DNA of 32,000 nt from Allobaculum fili (lineage in GTDB: Bacteria; Bacillota_I; Bacilli_A; Erysipelotrichales; Erysipelotrichaceae), in the NCBI RefSeq assembly GCF_020969955.1, contig NZ_JAHDSX010000012.1, positions 1 to 32,000 of the forward strand, read 5' to 3'. A model generated the notes under the pieces. That model did not search any database, had not been told where the DNA came from, and saw nothing but the letters and a program-made list of their open reading frames with translations. Positions 25,463-32,000 of the stretch are shown piece by piece; positions within the stretch are counted from its first letter, which is position 1, and every line of letters starts with the position of its first letter. The translations under genes and the position numbers were made by a program.

Positions 25463-28400
25463 ATGGAGGATTCCACAAAAAACGAAGCCGTCCAGCAGGC
25501 CCTGGAAAACGATGCGCAGCTGGATCGGTCCCAGGACAGCCAGATGCAGGAACTCCCGAAAAAGCCGCTCGTCTTTTCGCCGGCCCAGCAGAAAGTCATC
25601 GACTCGCGCAATAAGAATCTGCTGGTCAGTGCCAGCGCGGGCGCCGGTAAAACCGCCGTTCTGGTGGAACGGCTCTGCCGTCTGGTCGTGGACGATCATG
25701 TCCCCGTCTCGTCCATTCTGGCGGTGACCTTTACCGAAGACGCGGCTGCCGAAATGAAAGTCCGTCTGAAAAACCGTCTGATGGAAGCAGCGAAAACCGA
25801 CCCGTCTCTGAATAAGGAAATCGGGGCGCTGGAAACTGCCATGATCTGTACGATCCATTCCTTCTGCCTGTCCATCGTGCAGCAGTATTACTTCGTCGCT
25901 GGCCTTCCGTATTCGATGGTCAATCGCATCGATAACGATCTCGCGGACAGTCAGGCGCTTGAGGAAGCGGTGGAGCAGAGCATGCAGGCACTCGATCCCG
26001 CCAGAAGCGCCGAACTGCTTCTGTACATGGAAGCGTGCGGTCAGAAGGAAGAACATCTGCGCAGCCGCCTGCTGCGCTATTTGTCGCTGGCCGAAAGCAA
26101 GGCCGATCCGGACGGGTGGATGAACGCCTGCCGCCATGAGGCGGAAGACATGTCCGCCTGGTTTTTGAAATACTTTGACGTGCGCTGTGAGGCGCTGATC
26201 GATATTTTTGAGGAAATGATCGAAGAAGTGCAGGTCATGGACTTTGCCAAAGCCGCCAAGCAAAGCGAATACATCGAGCGCTTCTCCCGGAAAGTCGAAG
26301 CGCTCGAGCGCTGTCGCGAAGCGCTGGCCAAAGGGGATTATGAAGCCTTTGGCGCGCAGTTTATCGAATATGCGGAAACAACGGACAAATTCACGCCCAC
26401 CATTAACAAGATTTCCTTTAAGGACATTCAGACCGACTCCCGTAAGTTTGAAAAGGAAATCGCCGATGTCCTCTTTACCAGAAAGCAGTATGAGGAGTCC
26501 GCAAAACAGATCGAGCGCGTGCGCAATACGTTTATCGATCTGGCCATCGATGTGCGCCGCCGCTTTCAGGAAATCAAAAAGAAAGCCGGCTTTATCGACT
26601 TTTCCGATATGGAACTGTACGCATGGAAAATTTTGCAGGATCCCGAAACCGCCAAAGCGCTGCGCGATCGCTTTGAAGTCATTCTGATCGACGAATACCA
26701 GGATACGAACGACTTGCAGGAGACGATCATTCAGGCCATCGCCCGCAAAAACAATGTGTTCCGCGTCGGCGATATCAAGCAGTCCATTTACGGCTTCCGT
26801 CAGGCCAGACCCCAGCTGATGAAAAATCACCTGGAGCATCCAGGCGAATACGACGAGATTGTAGCGATGCAGGAAAACTACCGTTCCAGCGACAGTCTGA
26901 TCCGCTTCAACAACGACTTCTTCCGCCATCTGATGAACGTCGACGGTCTTCCTTCCCAGTTTTCGGCCATCGATACGGCGGTAACCGGCAGTGCGCGCCA
27001 GAAGGAACAGGCGCAGAAGCCGGTGCGCTTTCTGTATACCGAGTTTGGAAAGGATGCGCGCCTTGGCGAAAGCCTTAGTGCCGCGGGAGCCCAGAAGGAA
27101 CACCGGGAAAACCGGTTCGATCTGATCGCGCAGGATATCGAAAACCACGTGAAAAAAGAAGGCATCGCCCTGCGCGACATCGCAATTCTTACCCGCTCGT
27201 CCACGTCCCACGACAAGATCAAGAAGGCGCTGGAAGCCTGGGGCATCCGTTCCGTGCATCATGTGCGCCATGGCTTTTATACGAACAAGGCGGTGCAGGT
27301 CGTTCTTTCCGCCATGCGCGTCATTGAAGACGAACGAAACGACATCGCGCTGATGTCCGTGCTCGCTTCGCCGCTGACCGGCTTTACGCAGCAGGATATT
27401 TTGCCGATGCTGAGCGGCAGCGAAGACGGTCAGTCGCTGTACACCCGGCTTCGTCAGAGCGAAAAAGGCTACGAACTGTTAAAAATCGTGCGCGACCTCA
27501 AAACGCTGAAGGATCTGAGTCTGCCCGAAATGATTGTCGGCATTTATCAGATCCGCGGCTTTTACGACTATTCCACTTCGGCGCAGGACAAGACGAACCT
27601 CGATCTGCTTCTGGAAAAGGCGGTTTCGGCTCAGGGCCTGCTCGATCTGGAAGGCTTTCTGTCTTCAGCCGCGCTCGAAGAAGATCTCGATAAGACCAGT
27701 GAAGCGATGCCTTTTGGCAAGGAAGAAGACGCGGTGCATATTTCCACCATTCACGCCTCCAAAGGCCTGCAGTACAAGCTCGTCTATATTCTTTGCGAAC
27801 AGCGGCAGAGCGACATCGAAGGCATGAGTCCGATTCTGCTCGATGCGGATCTGGGCGTCGCCTTCAAGGCGCTCGATCCGAATACGATGCTCAGTCACAA
27901 AAGCGCCGCAACGATCGCCTTCGATACGAAGCGCTTCTTTGAAGAGCAGCAGGAAAAGATGCGTCTGCTTTATGTGGCGTGCACCCGTGCGGAAGAAGAA
28001 TTAGTCTTTGTCGATACGCTCAAAAACGAAAATCTGTACGACGGCACGCTGAACCTGTATCGAATTCTGGCCAACAACGGCTTTACAAGCTGGTTTTTCT
28101 CCCTGTATCATCGAAACCCGATTGATCTGGTGGACTTTGAAGACGTGCCGGAGCTGCTTCAGCGTCCCGATCGCGGCGTCAGCCATCATAAGAAAATTTC
28201 CATTCGCCGCTATCAGGGACCCAGACAGATCGTCTATTCGCAGACCGCCTCCAAAACCAAGGCCCACGCCTCCTGGCCCAAAGGCGGCTATGGCAAAGGC
28301 GTCGAAAGCGGACTGGCCAAAGAGCGCGGCACCCTCTTTCATGAAATGGCCGCCACATTGCCCTGGCCGTATACGCGCGAGGACGTAGAAGAGCGCCTTC

Positions 28401-28750
28401 GCCAGTCCGGACTCGGTCTGTCGTCTGGCGATGCGGACTTGCTGCTGCGGCTGAACGACAACGCGACGTACGCGAAGTGGATGGAACTGCCCCATGAATT
28501 TGAATGCCCCTACTGTGTCATGGAAAAGGGTACGATCATTCACGGCTACATGGACCTGGTCGTTTTTGACGGCGACACGATCGACATTCTCGACTTCAAG
28601 ACGGACGCGGCCTTTGATGAACAGTCGCTTGCGGACCGCTACCGCGGCCAGCTCGAAACGTATCGAAAAGCCATGCAGAGCATTCATCCCGACCGGAAAG
28701 TGCGCGCCTGGATTTACTCCTTTGAACTGGCGTCTCTGTTCGAAATCTGA
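25463..28750 (+). CDS. addA: ATP-dependent helicase/nuclease subunit A (UvrD/Rep-type helicase plus RecB-family nuclease)
   Basis: Walker A SASAGAGKTAVLVER, motif II ILIDEYQDTN, motif III GDIKQSIYGFRQA. C-terminal nuclease motifs GYMDLVVFDGDTIDILDFKTD and YRGQLETY. 1095 aa. Confidence 0.93.
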   Translation: MEDSTKNEAVQQALENDAQLDRSQDSQMQELPKKPLVFSPAQQKVIDSRNKNLLVSASAGAGKTAVLVERLCRLVVDDHVPVSSILAVTFTEDAAAEMKVRLKNRLMEAAKTDPSLNKEIGALETAMICTIHSFCLSIVQQYYFVAGLPYSMVNRIDNDLADSQALEEAVEQSMQALDPARSAELLLYMEACGQKEEHLRSRLLRYLSLAESKADPDGWMNACRHEAEDMSAWFLKYFDVRCEALIDIFEEMIEEVQVMDFAKAAKQSEYIERFSRKVEALERCREALAKGDYEAFGAQFIEYAETTDKFTPTINKISFKDIQTDSRKFEKEIADVLFTRKQYEESAKQIERVRNTFIDLAIDVRRRFQEIKKKAGFIDFSDMELYAWKILQDPETAKALRDRFEVILIDEYQDTNDLQETIIQAIARKNNVFRVGDIKQSIYGFRQARPQLMKNHLEHPGEYDEIVAMQENYRSSDSLIRFNNDFFRHLMNVDGLPSQFSAIDTAVTGSARQKEQAQKPVRFLYTEFGKDARLGESLSAAGAQKEHRENRFDLIAQDIENHVKKEGIALRDIAILTRSSTSHDKIKKALEAWGIRSVHHVRHGFYTNKAVQVVLSAMRVIEDERNDIALMSVLASPLTGFTQQDILPMLSGSEDGQSLYTRLRQSEKGYELLKIVRDLKTLKDLSLPEMIVGIYQIRGFYDYSTSAQDKTNLDLLLEKAVSAQGLLDLEGFLSSAALEEDLDKTSEAMPFGKEEDAVHISTIHASKGLQYKLVYILCEQRQSDIEGMSPILLDADLGVAFKALDPNTMLSHKSAATIAFDTKRFFEEQQEKMRLLYVACTRAEEELVFVDTLKNENLYDGTLNLYRILANNGFTSWFFSLYHRNPIDLVDFEDVPELLQRPDRGVSHHKKISIRRYQGPRQIVYSQTASKTKAHASWPKGGYGKGVESGLAKERGTLFHEMAATLPWPYTREDVEERLRQSGLGLSSGDADLLLRLNDNATYAKWMELPHEFECPYCVMEKGTIIHGYMDLVVFDGDTIDILDFKTDAAFDEQSLADRYRGQLETYRKAMQSIHPDRKVRAWIYSFELASLFEI

Positions 28751-28890
28751 TCAAAACCGGCCAAAATCCGGATAAAATGTGGGAAAGAAATCCAGATCAG
28801 GAAACGATGAATAAATCCTGTACAATGCCCTAATCTTTATTGGATTGCTTTACAGACCGCTTACAGGATGCGAAAAATCATACAGTTTTA

Positions 28891-28942
28891 AGCAGAACGT
28901 AAGACTTGTTTTGAAAGCCTTTCGTTCTGTTATTTTACTTTT
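28891..28942 (+). terminator. Probable addA terminator
   Basis: agcagaacg (28891-28899) pairs with cgttctgtt (28923-28931, one G-U). The stem can extend imperfectly inward. Followed by attttactttt. It lies 140 nt after the addA stop. Confidence 0.5.
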
Positions 28943-29115
28943 CAGGATTGGAAACGAGGACAATGACCGGTAAAACTAGCGGTTTCTGTAGATATTATTT
29001 TCCAATCGTCCTTTACTTTTCACTCGAATCCGTCCTTTTTTCAAACGGTGAACCGCAAAAGAATCCCTTTTCCGTACACCCTTACATCCATCATTGACCC
29101 ATCAAATGTCAGAAA

Positions 29116-29143
29116 TTGAAAAAATATTCTGCTCCATTATACT
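29116..29143 (+). promoter_or_regulatory. Putative sigma-A promoter of the NCS2 permease gene
   Basis: TTGAAA (29116-29121), 16 nt spacer, TATACT (29138-29143). It sits ~75 nt upstream of the ATG at 29217. Confidence 0.45.
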
Positions 29144-29216
29144 GTGTGTGTCCGGAAGACAAAGACCGGGATCTTTGTACAAGCGGACAAATGATAAAGG
29201 AGGATTCTTCAACCTT

Positions 29217-30545
29217 ATGGAAAAGCTTTTCCATCTTAAAGAAAAAGGAACGAACGTAAAAACCGAGATCATTGCCGGTATTACCACGTTCCTGGCCATG
29301 GCGTACATTCTGGCTGTAAACCCGATGATTCTTGGGGATGCTGGCATGAAACCAGAAGCTGTATTCATGGCAACTGCACTTTCTTCCGCTGCTGCCTGTC
29401 TTCTGATGGGTCTGCTGGCTAACTATCCGGTTGCTCTTTCCGCCGGTATGGGTGTCAACGCCCTCTTCTCCTATACGGTCGTTCTGACCATGGGCTATTC
29501 CTGGCAGGCTGCACTTGCCGCTGTTTTTATTTCCGGTCTTGTATTTGTTCTGATTTCCGTTACCGGAATCCGTAAGAAGATCATCGATTCCATCCCTGTT
29601 CAGCTCAAGCTGGCCATCGGTGCCGGTATTGGTTTCTTCATCGCGTTTGTCGGCCTGAAAAACGCCGGCATCATCGTGGCGAACGAATCGACGTTCGTAG
29701 GTCTTGGCTCCTTCGTAGATCCGCAGGTTCTGCTGGCTCTGCTGGGCATCATCATCACAATCGTCTGCGTTGTCCGCAAAATTCCAGCCGGCGTATTTGT
29801 CGGCCTGATCATCACCGCGGTGATCGGCGTTATCCTCGGCCTTTGCGGCGTAGACGGCATGCCGGCCATCAACGGTGTTCTCACCACAAACTTTGACATG
29901 AGCGCTGCCGGTGCGTTCGCAAGCGGATTTGGCGAACTCTTCTCCCATCCGATGAATGCGCTGGTAGTTATCTTCTCCTTCCTGTTCGTAGACTTCTTCG
30001 ATACCGCCGGAACTCTGGTTGCGATCGGAAACGAAATCGGTCTCGTTAAGGAAAACGGCGAACTCGAAAATGCTGAGCAGGCTCTGCTGGCTGACTCCAT
30101 CGGTACCTGCATCGGTGCTGCTCTGGGTACTTCCACAGTAACCAGCTTTGTTGAATCGTCTTCTGGTGTAGGCGTAGGCGGACGTACTGGTCTGACTGCC
30201 GTAACTACAGGCGTTCTCTTCATTCTGTCCATCTTCATCAGCCCGCTGGTTCTCGGCATGATTACCAACGCGGTAACTGCTCCGGCTCTGGTTGTTGTCG
30301 GCGTCATGATGGCGCAGCAGCTCAAGGGCATCCAGTGGGATGATCTGACGATCGCAATTCCGGCGTTCATCACCATCATTTCCATGATCCTGATGTACTC
30401 CATTTCCAACGGTATTGCGTTTGGCTTCATCGCCTACGCAGTGTGCATGGTCGCTGCCGGCAAGATCCGTGAAATCCATCCGACCGTATGGATCCTGATG
30501 GTAATCTTCGTGATCTACTTCGCTTCGCCTTACCTGATGGCTTAG
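29217..30545 (+). CDS. NCS2-family (AzgA/PbuG-type) purine permease, probably guanine/hypoxanthine or adenine
   Basis: N-terminus MEKLFHLKEKGTNVKTEIIAGITTFLAMAYILAVNP is characteristic of the AzgA/PbuG subfamily. ~13 TM helices. The ATG at 29217 has RBS aaaggagga. The upstream extension to 29094 is rejected. Confidence 0.9.
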   Translation: MEKLFHLKEKGTNVKTEIIAGITTFLAMAYILAVNPMILGDAGMKPEAVFMATALSSAAACLLMGLLANYPVALSAGMGVNALFSYTVVLTMGYSWQAALAAVFISGLVFVLISVTGIRKKIIDSIPVQLKLAIGAGIGFFIAFVGLKNAGIIVANESTFVGLGSFVDPQVLLALLGIIITIVCVVRKIPAGVFVGLIITAVIGVILGLCGVDGMPAINGVLTTNFDMSAAGAFASGFGELFSHPMNALVVIFSFLFVDFFDTAGTLVAIGNEIGLVKENGELENAEQALLADSIGTCIGAALGTSTVTSFVESSSGVGVGGRTGLTAVTTGVLFILSIFISPLVLGMITNAVTAPALVVVGVMMAQQLKGIQWDDLTIAIPAFITIISMILMYSISNGIAFGFIAYAVCMVAAGKIREIHPTVWILMVIFVIYFASPYLMA

Positions 30546-30595
30546 TCCATACTAAAAAAACAATCGATCGAATATCCGCCTCAGACGGAATCCAT

Positions 30596-30632
30596 ACAAA
30601 AAAGAAGCAGGGAAATCCCTGCTTCTTTTATA
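30596..30632. terminator. Bidirectional terminator between the convergent permease and beta-helix genes
   Basis: gaagcaggg-aaa-tccctgcttc, flanked by acaaaaaa and ttttat. Confidence 0.85.
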
Positions 30633-30712
30633 TCTGTATCGTAGTGATTTTTTTAATGGATCGCAGGTCGTATGCCGGCCTGCTTTCTGTTTTTCCCGTT
30701 CTGGAAAAGGGT

Positions 30713-32000
30713 TTAGACGGACTGGCTTTTCGACTGGCCATTCTGTGTTGCGCCGGACTGCGCGTCCCAGTCGCCGTACGTGTCTGTATCCGGTCGTCTG
30801 GACGGACGGTTTGGACGGCCGCCGTTCTGGCCATTGGAATTTCCGCTTTCTCCATCCGGACGTTCTGGGGGCATCATGCCTTCAAAATCGTCGGGCATGT
30901 CTTCCGGATCAAAGTCATCCGGCATGTTTTCGGGGTCAAAATCGTCCGGCAGATCTTCCGGATCAAACTCCTCCCGCATCTGGCCGCGGCCTGGACCGCC
31001 TTGCATGCCGCCCGGGCCCATAACGGAAATGTTTCCGACTGTGGTCAGGCCTTCTTCCACAGTAAAGAATTCGCTCTTTGTGCCGTCCAGCCAGAGTTCG
31101 GCGTCCTTTCCAGCTGTGAGGTCCTTGCAGGAAAGAGTCAGCGTGATCGAAGCGGCATTGCCTGTCTGGGTATTGTTCCAGGTGATCAGCGTTTTTCCGT
31201 TCTGCTTCAGTTCGAGTTTCTTGAAGGAAGAGGCTGCAATCATGACGGTGTTCTGGGCGGCATCAGTCGGTTTGGTCGCCGTCGTGGAAAGACCGACTAC
31301 CGTTCCGCCGCTGATTTTAAAGGTGCCGCGATCCGTATCGAAGGCGCCTTCCGGATTCTGAAGAGCGGCCGCGTAAATTTCGCCGCCCGAGATGAGCAGA
31401 TCGCCGTTCGAATCGACGCCGTCATTCGTTTTGGAAACGAGGGTGAGCTTGCCGCCCTGAATGATCAGGCTGTTGGCGGCATTGAGGCAGTCATCGGTAC
31501 TGTTGATGGTATACGTTCCTTTTTCGATGGTCAGCGTGTCCTTGGATTCGATGCCTTCGCTTTCGGACTGGATCGTGTATGTGCCGTCTTTCAAGGTAAC
31601 GGCGCCTTCGGCGCGCAGACTGTCGCCCTGGCTGGTGATCGTAAAGGTGCCTTTTTCGATGGTCAGCGTATCGTTGACATCTACGCCTTCATCTTCGGAC
31701 TGAATGGTCAGATCGCCGTTTTGAATGGTCAGCGCGTCGCTGGCGTGAATGCCGTCTTCTTCAGCACTCAGCGCATACGTTCCGTTTTGGACAACGAGAT
31801 CTTCTTTGGCTTTGACGGCGGAGCCGGCGGCATCGGAAATCGTCAGTTTCGCGCTGCCCGAAAGGGTCAGCGGCGCACGGGAATAAATCGCCGCGTCAAG
31901 AACGGCAATTGTACTGTCTTTGGCATGCGAGTTCGAAGAAACGGTGCTGGCTGCACTCGTTTCGATCGCCACGTCTTTCGCGTTGCGAACAAAGATTGCC
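30713..32000 (-). CDS. Secreted/surface beta-helix repeat protein, Cthe_2159-like carbohydrate-binding family; 5' end outside the window
   Basis: The reading frame is open to the window edge; the M at 31972 is a GTG inside the frame. Repeating ~22-aa units of the form D.LTI..G.(Y/F)TI.S..(D/E)G(I/V).(S/A). Gly/Pro/acidic low-complexity C-terminal tail. Confidence 0.75.
   Translation of the reverse strand, partial: AIFVRNAKDVAIETSAASTVSSNSHAKDSTIAVLDAAIYSRAPLTLSGSAKLTISDAAGSAVKAKEDLVVQNGTYALSAEEDGIHASDALTIQNGDLTIQSEDEGVDVNDTLTIEKGTFTITSQGDSLRAEGAVTLKDGTYTIQSESEGIESKDTLTIEKGTYTINSTDDCLNAANSLIIQGGKLTLVSKTNDGVDSNGDLLISGGEIYAAALQNPEGAFDTDRGTFKISGGTVVGLSTTATKPTDAAQNTVMIAASSFKKLELKQNGKTLITWNNTQTGNAASITLTLSCKDLTAGKDAELWLDGTKSEFFTVEEGLTTVGNISVMGPGGMQGGPGRGQMREEFDPEDLPDDFDPENMPDDFDPEDMPDDFEGMMPPERPDGESGNSNGQNGGRPNRPSRRPDTDTYGDWDAQSGATQNGQSKSQSV
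30884..30982 (-). repeat. 27-bp in-frame tandem repeat (3 full units plus 1 partial) encoding FDPE(D/N)(L/M)PDD
   Basis: Units are at 30884-30910, 30911-30937 and 30938-30964, with a partial unit to 30982. They are about 75-90% identical at the DNA level. Confidence 0.85.

Noticed and set aside
25094-27271. 725-aa ORF on the minus strand opposite addB/addA
   Set aside because: Same codon-phase artefact (25463-25094 is divisible by 3). It has no SD and a low-complexity Arg/Gly-rich translation. addA on the + strand has full helicase motifs.
29094-29216. 41-codon extension upstream of the NCS2 permease
   Set aside because: It overlaps the predicted promoter and leader. The ATG at 29217 has a strong RBS, and the family N-terminus starts at MEKLF.
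29109-30479. 456-aa minus-strand ORF opposite the NCS2 permease (also 29600-30430)
   Set aside because: It is in phase with the permease codons, hydrophilic and low-complexity. The + strand frame is a textbook AzgA/PbuG permease.

Overview
Chromosomal window from a Bacillota (Firmicutes)-type genome, mid-50s % GC by eye, made up mostly of conserved housekeeping genes. It opens on the + strand with the 3' end of a 23S rRNA gene, a 5S rRNA and a strong terminator. A 22-kb run of minus-strand genes follows: a four-gene envelope O-acyltransferase cluster (SGNH hydrolase / DUF4358-like / MBOAT / DHHW); a BceAB-type ABC transporter with a BceS-like intramembrane histidine kinase but no response regulator; an MTS-type methyltransferase; then glgB, dusB, hslO, ftsH, hpt, tilS, a 68-aa membrane ORF, ispE, rsmA, rnmV and a YitT-family protein. 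After a divergent spacer come addB-addA (+), an AzgA/PbuG-type NCS2 purine permease (+), and the 3' part of a beta-helix surface protein with an acidic tandem-repeat tail (-, runs off the window). I saw no CRISPR array, tRNA, transposase, integrase, toxin-antitoxin pair or recognisable defence island, and I cannot point to a clear-cut novel system. The items most worth a second look are: (i) the regulator-less Bce-type module directly abutting the MBOAT acylation cluster; (ii) a short AddB that appears to have lost its Walker A and nuclease catalytic residues but keeps the Fe-S cysteines; (iii) a 518-bp structured non-coding spacer with an orphan TATAAT and a branched terminator; (iv) an acidic/proline-rich insertion inside the kinase ATP-binding domain. 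The many very long ORFs antisense to real genes share the exact codon phase of those genes and are rejected as artefacts.
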